Positions 15,001 through 20,293 of a stretch of DNA of 64,000 nucleotides are shown piece by piece. The stretch covers positions 11,709 to 75,708 of the forward strand of contig JBPOHD010000005.1 of assembly GCA_052035955.1 (NCBI GenBank), read 5' to 3'. Below the pieces are notes generated by a model. That model ran no database searches, was not told the DNA's origin, and was given only the letters and a program-made list of their open reading frames with translations. The position numbers were made by a program, and so were the translations under genes. Within the stretch, counting starts at the first letter, position 1. Each line of letters begins with the position of its first letter. This stretch comes from Pseudomonadota bacterium (GTDB lineage: Bacteria; Pseudomonadota; Gammaproteobacteria; Burkholderiales; Rhodocyclaceae).

Positions 15001-15754
15001 CAACTATGCCCTGGTGGTCTGGGACCGGGCCGGCGGCGGCTTCACCGGCATCGGCACCGACGCCACCAGCGGCCGCGACACCCTGTCGGCCGGCGAGCTG
15101 TCCCGGGCCATCGCCCAGTCCAGCCTGGGCGAGGTGGACCTGCTGGGCTTCGACACCAACCTGTCGGCGACCCTGGAGCAGGTGCGGGAGGTGTCCGGCG
15201 TGGCCGACTTCGTGGTGACCCCGGAGACGGTGGCCAAGGCCGACGGCTGGGACTACACGGGCTGGCTGCTCAAGCTCTCGGCCGACCCGGGCATGAGCGC
15301 CGCGGAACTGGGCGCCGCCGCCCAGGCCGCCTACTACGCCTACTACGGCCTGACCGACGGCACGGTGCTGCAAGGCGCCGACAGCAGCCAGGTCGGCGCC
15401 CTGGTCGGCGCCCTGCGCGACTTCCTGGTCGACTTCGTGGATGCGGAGGGTGCCGGCATCGACGACGACGTGCGCGACGCGCTGACCGCCAGCCGGCTGC
15501 TGGCCGACGGCGGGCAGGCCGACCTGCGCGCCTTCATGACGACCGTGGCGGGGGATGCCGAGGTGATCGCCGACGCGGCCGGCCTGGTGGCGGGCGCCAA
15601 CGCCGTGCTGGCCGCCCTCGACGCCGCCCTGGGCGCCACCGGCTCCCTGTCGGTGGCCGCCGTCGGGTCGGCCGACTACAACGCGGCCAACTACCGCTTC
15701 GTCGCCGAGTCGGGCTGGAACTCCTTCGTCACCAACCTGTACAGCATCACATAG
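1..15754 (+). CDS. Giant secreted adhesin-like protein, 5'-truncated at the window edge (>5,237 aa). Contains RTX-like Ca-binding repeats, ~8 copies of a ~60-aa Trp-rich repeat, ~20 Calx-beta domains, ~10 PPC (pre-peptidase C-terminal) domains, two cadherin/He_PIG-like domains, and a C-terminal clostripain (C11)-like domain with substituted catalytic residues.
   Basis: The ORF is open from nt 2 in the same frame; its first residues, GELAFSAGQTAAQVTV, already match the Calx-beta consensus. The motif F.AGQ..ATvTV...D...E.DE.F.V.L recurs about 20 times. The DFYKF...YYV.V motif recurs about 10 times. A GGxGxD run, LDGGGSDDQLDGGAGEDV, sits at nt ~1090-1300. The C-terminus reads WTLLVYVAADS...NVNVVVMWDG...ALVVWDRAGGG...LLGFDTNLS, which resembles the peptidase C11 fold. 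The stop codon is TAG at 15752-15754. Confidence 0.85.
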   Translation, partial: GELAFSAGQTAAQVTVLVRADHQFEGDEWFGLALSDPIHPGNPGIPENFYVGIDNDDDFFIGAASASVGGGIVRATPVAVGTGFGGAYGRANFAGDQDWMQMDLVQGQNYEFVAYNNGDGVGIVPGIRVFGANGSTQVTAGVSGSTIAGVLSYVDLTAPTSGTYYVALQGAAAGGYGFMSTADMTVDDYADGNGTHGVLVADFAGADRHGRFQTAGDADFLRLYLEVGQTYTFGADLVGTTGDLVLYDEFDSPLAFDVTGIGVATGVREYRVTATAEYSGVHYLAVTGATAGGRWVAFYDGQSPDPLSIPPTRYGVEAATPNIYEADTGEQVAWFNVFRTGSTDDAGSVGWRLAVEGADLTGNADSNTLTGTVADDYLDGGGSDDQLDGGAGEDVAVFFGYRDDYLVDFGTGGTLTVTDTYTEDGDEGTDTLTGIEWLSFYDGSYRIEQGGEFQVNTNTLDSEEMPTIARLADGGWVTAWEDDVEGNVDVFFQRYDADGAPVGGEVQANTYGSSDQMDATVAGLQTGGWVVLWESWNQDGDQDGVYGQIYDEFGSVVGSEFRVNQTTAGDQDEASVATLADGRFLVTWESSTSDSGGTSHGVQARLYAADGTALSDEFAASSGDDWNPHVADLAGGGFAIAWDYYNAGNDSDEVYLRVFDADGNALGAAFRANQYMADYQEQASIAGLADGSFVLAWETWEQDGSGEAVYARRFDAAGVALGNEFRLNQYAIGDQEDVAVAALAGGGFVAAWESYGQDGSLEGVYARRYDALGTALGAEFRVNVVDFDDQDTPTVTGLADGGFVVSWESWGQDGDYYGIYGRRYDADGLPVGAPRLVYDVLPELPVVDIADFAPGSVFSGVASFSAGQAATLVSIRVAGDTATEGDEALGLVLTGPGLASGHETATAVIRDDDALGVVTMDGVPGNVTEGGGFTVVLRRDGGLRQTSLVRWGVDAPALADVMPHNVPAAGDFVGGLLPGGTVTFAPGATTASFTIATANDVFSESPELFDLTFSASRAYFGFPGEFVGSAPGFGIDDNDPSLTAVPSYAISAPVSVLYEGGAIAREATPPATASATPVVFTVTRSVHTAQATTVNWKLDLAETRRGRGNHMTVADLAAGQALWGELGFTAGQTTATLTVRIAADYANELNEYFGVVLGEANGFEIARAGVSVLNDDDRFIGTTLAVVGSATLTPAALVIGTDRVGSRTRIDFAADQDWYAVQLNAGEQYEFYDVGRPGAIDPSLRLLDASGVQVATGANSFAAFDRIVYTAPVAGTYYLAAGANGGFTTAAVAYSNQYAIVSRTPGETDDFESGLATLDRLAASNHLPGIFGRIDGEGDEDAFRTWLDAGTTYTWIVAGIAPDTAADGLSFSLYDASSGTAVVAPVTMSAASAGAWMTPGAITFTPTTTGDYVLAVTGSDQALWHIGLDGVSVPGPLTSATPTVYGLQIPGTVIEEGDGNKFSALLGVHQVFVNVYRTGPTNEAGSVDWRIGTPSPGLDNDDFIGGAAGTAGTVFFGAGEAYQGLTLRIVGDDIDEDDESFSLELTNPTYGGSTLTAELHEADWRDDLRLADDDHTVFSVAALELRKYEGNSGATPYVFLVSRAGSSGAGASVNWVMSFGGTANEADFVGSAMPGGTIVFAEGETARLVTVTVQGDTTPEADEFMRFELYGVPPEALGTNIANATLRNDDPDTGANTLAGAAAGGSALAFAGGLVSNGINGMVGGADRNDFYKFTLGSAANVRLHLYGMAGGDANLRLYRGGTPIAYSGNAGSQDDFLRYGGAGLEAGTYFVQVLQGAGDTPYNLYLEASAASAAPSDVLITPANADRYEGNTGATPFVFTVLRGGNLATASTVGWAVAGTGGDPATSADFVGGTLPSGTLTFAAGATALLLTINVAGDTVDTSSDTFRVQLTAIANAFLPNGGAADAIIRNDDGLPADRGANTIAGIGAAPFTSADLGYVGLVPTAVAGEIVGTTDPNDYYRIRLAADADLIVDLTGMRADANLELLNATGGLLAASSNPHASDERIVYSGLAAGSYLIRVYSQGGADTPYDLRALAVPPKATVRVDATSAPASEGDSVSYDHVFSVSRQGDLSQEGHVEWRLALPSPGLDEFDFPVGFALSGTVSFSAGQTTPSTITIRTTGDVDVEADESFVVELFNPVELSLHPTARTAGGVIRNDDRIVAPPSVLIQAPGLSAFRDEGAAGTASTYVFTVLRNGEAAALDTGSVVSWTVAGLTPGLTAEDFDGATMPGGNVFFAAGQTSATLTVTVAGDALVEPDDPFQVRLTGTDWGVVVGGADSAFALIRNDDIPPAAAVVALRAVADSSARDEGDAGSTPFTFELRRSGGDPNAVATVEWRVDIPGIGGASAGDFAGGTLAAGTATLTAGADSVPITILVAGDASPEFDEGFIVRLTGASGAVIDPLGASVGGLIRNDDRVTRFGLRSDAPALAEGDAGDTTSFSFTVTRSGSSAGTDTVQWSALGLGAVAADFLNETLPAGTLTFTAGQETATISVLVTGDATVEGNEPFAVLLSNPSAGVEIDALANVAVARILNDDGLIPEVAIAAVTEVAAGPGVGDEAVPGAREGDSGNVPILFQLTRNGANLGSASVVRWAVAGALVSGADFAGGALPTGTFSFAAGQDSGFITIRVNGDSQFEADEQFQVNLTAVSNAVISAVAGQAAATILNDDAPPLVGIGLDGSTAAEQAEGNSTASAGLWKFVVARSGDTSGAGSVKWALGGSDTGLGADDFATTPLSGTVSFAAGQVTATVTVKARADFLQEEDEHFFLALSDAVGMVIDGGAGQAHAVIENDDEPPVLSILAESASLQEGSSASAGAATPFVFKVVRDGSTPASAVTVKWAVSSLASGLTAADFVGFAGLPSGTLTLAATATEAYITLKVATDFLPEADEPFQVSLSAAVNAGISASGGSAGGVIVNDDVPPEFSITPQELARSEGNSGSTPYVFTVTRDGNVGVAYTVNWRVVDLPFAPSVAGADFTGGALPSGTLSFGAAESVRTITLNVAGDALAELDETFVLAVVDNNGLVPSISTAVGRILNDDDDNTGIGTAAKAFAVPGAAAGSFDSPTDEDWFKLSLTAGTNYRFVAAALTADARLHLRDGAGTLLQEDDDSGGGNAALIEFTPVTTGTYYLVADAADGAEGLYALAGFRVDAGGVIAWPGTASAAPVLTLNAAPVAGLMDADGSQYKVSLSAGTIYQFVAHGAGTGAFSMAIYNGPSGGATLLAAETTTDAPDTTVTFQAATSGAYYLDALGEAGQVFSLEAKADNFAAVLPTLSLSGAQTALPEGNALGAATPFVFNVSRAGAAVNTVKVAYQVTVTTAAGQANAADFGGALPTDTITFAPGELLKTITINVAQDQAFEGDEVFGLKLLNASGALISATGGTVNNTIRNDDAAPTIAVSVDGEASRGEGDAGYTERVFVVTRSGAIGNTGSVKWSVAGATATGIGAANAADFVGGVLSSGTLGFAADQATATVTVLVAGDALVEGDEAFDLVLSAPVGGALDAAATRARALIANDDVVAPTITVTAVDGSKTEGNTAASAYVFSINRSGDLARASTVVWGVIPVIGGATLSDFAGGVLPAGTVTLAASQSAALVTISVAGDAFQEMDEAFRVKALSVTNGVVSTLGGTAVGNIRNDDTTGLAAEADTTRIDLAGNSRDLAYDVGNIGSAVRSFSDFVGDPDRNDYYRFVTTARGKLTMNLTGLTPDSDLQLLSGSGSFIAGSALAGVAPENIAVDNLEAGTYYVRVYQFLGNINYTLKLSSAANADNAGDSIATARNVSALTANEVSFSDYVGGTDQDFYKFTLAGETNFRLSLIGDSPNADVRVLDANGLIVASSTGSGSNENIAAVLGVGTYYAWVYPASGTINYTLRMSGATTAQSGNNAYTEAQDLGTLTTGAKTVTEAVGVADGEDFFKFTTTGLAKLTANLTGLTADADLVLLRGDGTTPIAFSTNAGATSESVVFDNLAAGSYYLQVTSRSGSTSYNLTVSSTAPNPADGAGNGMAVAKVLAVGAKPLVVTDAIGYGAGASQDTEDWYSFVLASSSLAPTYGVQLGLAGLSDDADVQLWRRTATGSTTAALALVGADLGAGLDDIGLGGALAAGTYYVRVFQHDTADKTAYNLSLQAALDPVEEGNDSRFVTTSSLFLGTGTVSAATLTATSTATAVSAGRKEFIGALDPDDWFKVVLAPAGSAFGINVSMSLTGLAVGSDADLELVDATGAVVARSAVAGNGAESLAVNGLTAGNDYYVHVLSVAGDSAYNVKLDAKLGTAPTDAAGNNVSLTTTAGPRLVTVAATQATPYLDYVDPAADADDWYRFTLPPAGASAGALSNFIATLSGLTADADLELWKMSGTGTGATWAAYAATPVSATESAYGEVFRAEGLASGTYAIHVTAAGATNYGLTLVASVDDFAAGTGTTGSFAASTATAGLYTAAGSIQATGDVDWFKVDLTEGVWTLRQTGTGTTGKLGDPLIYGIYDGAGSIIAGTANDDADGSTKDAQVMFSATAGTYYVAASAFGGATGAFALSLSSSNQAPVVANGLLDRSLGENFDATLRLPWNSFADANGDALTLSWANETELTEAGVGWLSFDATARLFHVTGLTAGAPDIVVRVKADDGHGGSVTDDFVIRTTATADDFGDYPGTHVIGERTMAPGSLAAGNFVRGAIDAAGDADFFQVVLAAGQDYVADLKGLGAGTLADPLLLGLYNSGGTALTSGFTVVQDYAGSTDARLFIDATAGGTFHIGVAGAAEAVGSYVLALSSGTTAVPGVDPVYVNGSIGTPFLYDEGHHQDYLEAREGQSFAFTLPSGMFTGAAPLSYAATLASGAALPSWLKFDAATRSFGGTATAGAPDLAVRVTARDELGQFAAVDFAVRTPVATGERKAAWTLLVYVAADSAQGALALKDLNELEGVRLPDNVNVVVMWDGAAANDTKRGKLAYDADMGTFKSVLAPVSATALEKNMGDPATLTEFLDWGSANYRADNYALVVWDRAGGGFTGIGTDATSGRDTLSAGELSRAIAQSSLGEVDLLGFDTNLSATLEQVREVSGVADFVVTPETVAKADGWDYTGWLLKLSADPGMSAAELGAAAQAAYYAYYGLTDGTVLQGADSSQVGALVGALRDFLVDFVDAEGAGIDDDVRDALTASRLLADGGQADLRAFMTTVAGDAEVIADAAGLVAGANAVLAALDAALGATGSLSVAAVGSADYNAANYRFVAESGWNSFVTNLYSIT

Positions 15755-15774
15755 AATCGCGCCCTGCATCCCGC

Positions 15775-15806
15775 ATGCCCGCCCCTCGGGGCGGGCATGT
15801 CTTTCC
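15775..15806 (+). terminator. Rho-independent terminator after the giant adhesin gene
   Basis: Perfect GC-rich hairpin atgcccgcccc-tcgg-ggggcgggcat, followed by gtctttcc, 20 nt after the stop codon. Confidence 0.6.
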
Positions 15807-15824
15807 AGCCCTGGAGAACGAACC

Positions 15825-16151
15825 ATGAACCAGAACGACCTCTTCGCCGACACCTTCAACGGCATTGCCGTCACCGGCAATCTCGTCCGCATCGACCTCG
15901 CCACCCTGGCCCCGACCCCGGGCGGCCAGCCCCAGGGGCAGCCCCAGTTCGAGACCCGCGGCCGCCTGGTGATGCCCATCGACGGCTTCCTGCGCGCCTT
16001 CGCCCTGGCCGAGGACGTCATGAAGAAGCTGATCGCCGCCGGCATCGTCACCCAGAAACCCGGCGCCCCCGCCGTCGCCGCCCCCGCCGCCGAAGCCGCT
16101 ACGGCCGCCCCGGCTGCCCCCGCCAAGCCTTCGTCGCCGAATTTCCAGTAA
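15825..16151 (+). CDS. Hypothetical 108-aa protein with an Ala/Pro-rich C-terminus and no signal peptide
   Basis: GGAGAA RBS lies 6 nt before the ATG. It sits between the adhesin terminator and the REP array and T1SS genes. I recognise no family. Confidence 0.5.
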   Translation: MNQNDLFADTFNGIAVTGNLVRIDLATLAPTPGGQPQGQPQFETRGRLVMPIDGFLRAFALAEDVMKKLIAAGIVTQKPGAPAVAAPAAEAATAAPAAPAKPSSPNFQ

Positions 16152-16198
16152 GAAGCGGCTGAACCGGACGGGTGACAGCGTTGTTCGTTGGATCGCGC

Positions 16199-16745
16199 GG
16201 CGCGGCCTCCACGCCTGCGGCCCGATCGCGGTGGCCCCGACCCCATCGCGGCGAGGACGCCGCTCCTACAGTGGCGAATCGGCGCTCCGGGGGGGGCAGC
16301 GAACAAACGAAAGCCGTCGCGCAGCGACCCTGTAGGAGCGCCGCCTGCGGCGCGATGGCGGTGGCCTCGACCCCATCGCGGCGAGGACGCCGCTCCTACA
16401 GGGGCGAATCGGCGCTCCGGGGCGGCAGCGAACGAACGACAAGCATCCCACGGCGGCCCTGTAGGAGCGCCGCCTGCGGCGCGATCGCGGTGGCCTCGAC
16501 CCCATCGCGGCGTCCCCGCCGCTCCTGCAGGGGCGAATCGGTGCTCCGGGGGAGCAGCGAACAAACGACAAGCATCCCACGGCGGCCCTGTAGGAGCGCC
16601 GCATGCGGCGCGATGGCGGTGGTTCCGGCCGCATCGCGGCGTCCCCGCCGCTCCTACAAAAACCGGATGGCACCGCCTTGTGGGAGCGCCGCCTGCGGCG
16701 CGATGGCGGTGGCCCCGACCCCATCGCGGCGGGGGGAGGGCGGGC
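16199..16745. repeat. Tandem array of ~4.5 copies of a 129-bp REP-like palindromic unit
   Basis: The unit is ctgtaggagcgccgcctgcggcgcgatggcggtggcctcgaccccatcgcggcgaggacgccgctcctacag (an 11-bp perfect stem, TGTAGGAGCG/CGCTCCTACA) plus gggcgaatcggcgctccgggg..cagcgaacgaacgacaagcatcccacggcggcc. It repeats at ~16199, 16330, 16459, 16588 and 16680. There are no unique spacers, so it is not CRISPR. Confidence 0.85.
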
Positions 16746-16748
16746 CCA

Positions 16749-18896
16749 ATGCCTGAAGCCTTCCCCCACACCGCCGTCCAGTGCCTGACCGCCATCGCCC
16801 AGCACCACGGGCTGCAGGTCAATCCCGAGCGGCTGGTCCACGAGTACGCCCTCGGTGCGGAGGAGCCGCCGCTGGCCCTCTTCCTGCGCATGGCCGCGGA
16901 CCTGGGCCTGAAGGCCAAGGCGGAGAAGCTGGGCTGGGAGGCCCTGGTCGCCCTGGAGGGGGTGTTCCCCCTGGTGGCCCGGCTGTCCAACGGCAACAGC
17001 GTCATCGTCATCGGTGCCCGCCGGGAACCGGGGGGCGAGGCGAAGATCGCCGTCCTCGATCCCCTGGCCGACAAGGCGGCGCCCATCATCCTGACCCGGG
17101 ACCAGTTCTGCGGCCGCTGGGACGGCGACCTGGTCTTCCTCAAGCGCAGCTATTCGCTGGCCGACCCCTCGCAGCCCTTCGGCCTGCGCTGGTTCATCCC
17201 GGAGATACTGAAGCAGAAGGTGGCCTTCCGCGACATCGCCGTCGGCGCCCTGGTGCTGCACGTCCTGGCGCTGGCCTCGCCCATCTTCTTCCAGCTGATC
17301 ATCGACAAGGTGCTGGTGCACCAGAGCAGTTCGACCCTCTGGGTGCTGGCGGTGGGCATCGTCATCGCCCTGGTCTTCGATTCCACCTTTGCCTTCCTGC
17401 GCCAGTTCCTGACCCTGGCGGCGACCAACAAGATCGACATGCGCCTGGCCCGGCGTACCTTCGCGCAACTGCTTTCCCTGCCCATCGACTACTTCGAGGC
17501 GGCCACCGCCGGCGTCATCGTCCGCCACATGCAGCAGGTGGAGAAGATCCGCCAGTTCCTCACCGGGCGGCTCTTCTTCACGGCCCTGGACGCCACGGCC
17601 CTGGTGGTCTTCCTGCCCCTGCTCTTCTTCTATTCGGCCAAGCTGGCCGGGGTGACGCTGCTGTTCACGCTGCTGATCGGCGGTGTCGTCGCGTCCCTGA
17701 TCCCGCCCTTCCAGCGCCGGCTGAAGGAACTCTACGAGGCCGAGGGGGAGCGGCAGGCCCTGCTCGTCGAGGCCATCCACGGCATGCGCACGGTGAAGGC
17801 CCTGGCCCTGGAGCCGATGCAGAAGAAGACCTGGGACCAGAAGGCGGCCCGGGCCATCACCATGCACTTCCGGGTCGGCCGCATCTCCATCACCGCCATG
17901 TCGGCCGTCCAGTTCCTGGAGAAGCTGATGTCGGTCGCCATCATCGTGCTGGGCGCCCAGGACGTCTTCGACCAGCAACTGACCGTCGGTGCCCTGATCG
18001 CCTTCCAGATGATCTCGGGGCGGGTGGTATCGCCCCTGGTGGCGATCGTCTCCCTGGTCCACGAGTACCAGGAGACGGCCCTCTCGGTGCAGATGCTGGG
18101 CCAGGTCATGAATCGTCCCTCGGAAGGGCGCGCGGGGGCCGGCGGCCTGCGGCCGCCGCTCAAGGGCGAGATCCGCTTCGAGGACGTGACCTTCCGTTAT
18201 CCCGGGGCCAGCGTCGCCGCCCTGGACCGGGCGAGCTTCGTCGTGCCCGCCGGCACGGTCATCGGCATCGTCGGCCGCAGCGGCTCGGGCAAGACGACCC
18301 TGACCAAGCTGGTCCAGGGCATGTATCCGGTGCAGGAAGGGATCATCCGCTTCGACGGCATCGATGCCCGCGAGATCGACCTTTCCCACCTGCGCCGGCA
18401 GATCGGCGTCGTGCTCCAGGAGAACTTCCTGTTCCGCGGCACGGTCAGGGAAAACATCTCCGCCGCCCGACCGGATGCCTCCTTCGAGGAGGTGGTCGCC
18501 GCCGCCCAGGCCGCCGGCGCCGACGAGTTCATCGAGCGCCTGCCCCAGGGCTACGACACCCTGCTGGAGGAGAACGGCTCCAACCTCTCCGGGGGCCAGA
18601 AGCAGCGCCTGTCCATCGCCCGCGCCCTGCTCTCCCAGCCGCGCATCCTGATCCTCGACGAGGCGGCCAGCGCGCTGGACCCGGAGAGCGAGGCCATCTT
18701 CATCCGCAACCTGTCGCGCATCGCCGTCGGCCGCACGGTGATCATGATCTCGCACCGCATGTCCACGCTGGTCAATGCCAACGCCATCGTCATCATGCGG
18801 CAGGGCCGCGTCGAGGACATCGGCCGGCACGCGGAACTCCTGGACCGTTGCGAGACCTACCGGAACCTATGGAACCAGCAGACCGCCCACCTGTGA
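16749..18896 (+). CDS. Type I secretion system ABC transporter (HlyB/LapB-like) with an N-terminal C39 peptidase-like domain
   Basis: The listed ORF 16188..18896 extends N-terminally through the REP array. The conserved protein begins at the in-frame ATG at 16749 (MPEAFPHTAVQCLTAIAQHHG). It has a TM domain, Walker A GRSGSGKTT, the signature LSGGQKQRLSIARAL, and Walker B ILILDEA. Confidence 0.85.
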   Translation: MPEAFPHTAVQCLTAIAQHHGLQVNPERLVHEYALGAEEPPLALFLRMAADLGLKAKAEKLGWEALVALEGVFPLVARLSNGNSVIVIGARREPGGEAKIAVLDPLADKAAPIILTRDQFCGRWDGDLVFLKRSYSLADPSQPFGLRWFIPEILKQKVAFRDIAVGALVLHVLALASPIFFQLIIDKVLVHQSSSTLWVLAVGIVIALVFDSTFAFLRQFLTLAATNKIDMRLARRTFAQLLSLPIDYFEAATAGVIVRHMQQVEKIRQFLTGRLFFTALDATALVVFLPLLFFYSAKLAGVTLLFTLLIGGVVASLIPPFQRRLKELYEAEGERQALLVEAIHGMRTVKALALEPMQKKTWDQKAARAITMHFRVGRISITAMSAVQFLEKLMSVAIIVLGAQDVFDQQLTVGALIAFQMISGRVVSPLVAIVSLVHEYQETALSVQMLGQVMNRPSEGRAGAGGLRPPLKGEIRFEDVTFRYPGASVAALDRASFVVPAGTVIGIVGRSGSGKTTLTKLVQGMYPVQEGIIRFDGIDAREIDLSHLRRQIGVVLQENFLFRGTVRENISAARPDASFEEVVAAAQAAGADEFIERLPQGYDTLLEENGSNLSGGQKQRLSIARALLSQPRILILDEAASALDPESEAIFIRNLSRIAVGRTVIMISHRMSTLVNANAIVIMRQGRVEDIGRHAELLDRCETYRNLWNQQTAHL

Positions 18897-20293
18897 CGCC
18901 GCCCGGAGCGCCGGGAGCGCCCGCGCCGGGGCCGTCCGCGGCGCCGGAGTCGGCCGCGCCGGTGTCGGAAACCGCCATCGAGTTCCTCCCGGACGCCGAC
19001 GAGATCGAGCGGCGGCCGCTGCCCCAGGCCGCCCGCATGACCCTCTACGTGCTGGCGGCGATGGTGCTGGTCTTCCTGGTCTGGGCGACCGTGTCGGAAG
19101 TGGACCGCATCGTCGTCGCCCGCGGCCGGCTGGTGACGCCCCTCTCCAACCTGGTCATCCAGCCCCTGGAGACCTCGCTGATCCAGGGCATCGACGTGCG
19201 CGTCGGCCAGGTGGTGAAGAAGGGCCAGCGCCTGGCCGCCCTCGACCCCACCTTCACCGGCGCCGACCTGGCCCAGTTGCAGCAGCGCTACCAGAGCCTC
19301 GATACCCAGGCCCGGCGGCTCGAACATGAACTGGGGCCGGGCGGGAAGCGTTCTGCGAAGGGCGGCTCCGACGTGGACAGCCGCACCCAGGCCCGCCTGC
19401 AGGAGGAACGGCAGGCCAACTACCGGGCCCAGCTCACCAGGCTCGACGAGACGGTGGAGCGGCTCAAGGCGGCGGCCGAAACCAATCGCCACGACCAGCG
19501 GGTCCTCGACGCCCGGGTCAGGTCCCTGGCCGAGATCGAGGCCATGCAGGAGAAGCTGCTGGCCCAGCAGTTCGGGTCCCGGGCCCGTCTGCTCGAGGCC
19601 CGGGAGAAGCGCCTGGAGGTGGAGCGCGACCTGCAGCAGGCGAAGAACCGGGAGGCGGAGATCCGCCGGGAAATGGCCGCCTCCGAGGCCGAGCGCTCGG
19701 CCTTCGTCAAGGGCTGGCGGCAGAAGGCCTATGAAGACCTCCTGTCCACCCAGCGCGACCGGGATGCCGCCGGCGAACAGCTGCAGAAGGCCGGCAAGCG
19801 CAGCGAGCTGGTGGTGCTGACGGCGCCCGTCGATGCCGTCGTCCTGGAGATCGCCAGGCGCTCCGTCGGCTCGGTGGTCAAGGAGGCGGAGCCCCTGTTC
19901 ACCCTCGTGCCCCTGGACGCCGAACTGGAAGCCGAGGTACAGGTGGATTCCGGCGACATCGGCTACCTCAAGCTCGGCGATCCGGCGCGCATCAAGCTCG
20001 ACGCCTTCCCCTTCCAGCAGCACGGCACCCTGCCGGCCCAGGTGCGCACCCTGTCCGAGGATGCCTTCCGCCGGGAGACCCCGGCCGCGGCGGCGGCGGG
20101 GCCGGGTGCCGACGCCTACTACCTGGCCCGGGTCGGCCTGCAGCAGGTCCGCCTGAAGGGCATGGAGGCCCGCCACCGCCTGCTGCCCGGCATGACCGTG
20201 ACGGCGGAGATCGTGGTCGGCAAGCGCAGCGTCATCTCCTACCTGCTGTGGCCCCTGACCAAGGCCATGGACGAGGCGATCCGGGAACCGTGA
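18869..20293 (+). CDS. Type I secretion periplasmic adaptor (HlyD family membrane fusion protein)
   Basis: In-frame ATG at 18869 overlaps the ABC gene stop by 28 nt. A ~56-aa cytoplasmic N-terminus (EFLPDADEIERRP) precedes the TM segment MTLYVLAAMVLVFLVWA. A long coiled-coil and a C-terminal beta domain follow. The listed 16781..20293 ORF is the same frame read back through the ABC gene. Confidence 0.8.
   Translation: MEPADRPPVTPPGAPGAPAPGPSAAPESAAPVSETAIEFLPDADEIERRPLPQAARMTLYVLAAMVLVFLVWATVSEVDRIVVARGRLVTPLSNLVIQPLETSLIQGIDVRVGQVVKKGQRLAALDPTFTGADLAQLQQRYQSLDTQARRLEHELGPGGKRSAKGGSDVDSRTQARLQEERQANYRAQLTRLDETVERLKAAAETNRHDQRVLDARVRSLAEIEAMQEKLLAQQFGSRARLLEAREKRLEVERDLQQAKNREAEIRREMAASEAERSAFVKGWRQKAYEDLLSTQRDRDAAGEQLQKAGKRSELVVLTAPVDAVVLEIARRSVGSVVKEAEPLFTLVPLDAELEAEVQVDSGDIGYLKLGDPARIKLDAFPFQQHGTLPAQVRTLSEDAFRRETPAAAAAGPGADAYYLARVGLQQVRLKGMEARHRLLPGMTVTAEIVVGKRSVISYLLWPLTKAMDEAIREP

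Noticed and set aside
16199-16745. Possible CRISPR array
   Set aside because: The repeats are 129 bp long and directly abutting, with no unique spacers. They are palindromic REP-like units, not CRISPR.
16188-16748. N-terminal 187-codon extension of the ABC transporter ORF, and the overlapping ORFs 16172..16756 and 16603..16788
   Set aside because: They lie entirely within the 129-bp REP tandem array. The translation is a repetitive Arg/Pro/Ala-rich string. The conserved C39-like domain begins at the ATG at 16749.
2531-17143. Very long reverse-strand ORFs (2531..9664, 9710..13231, 13646..17143) antisense to the giant adhesin gene
   Set aside because: Their translations are low-complexity Gly/Ala/Arg/Asp-rich strings with no domain signatures. 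The forward frame carries clear Calx-beta and PPC domains. Open antisense frames are expected at ~70% GC.
16781-18868. Upstream part of the listed 1,170-aa ORF 16781..20293
   Set aside because: It is an alternate frame over the ABC transporter gene. Only the part from ATG 18869 onward, which is the HlyD protein, shows family features.
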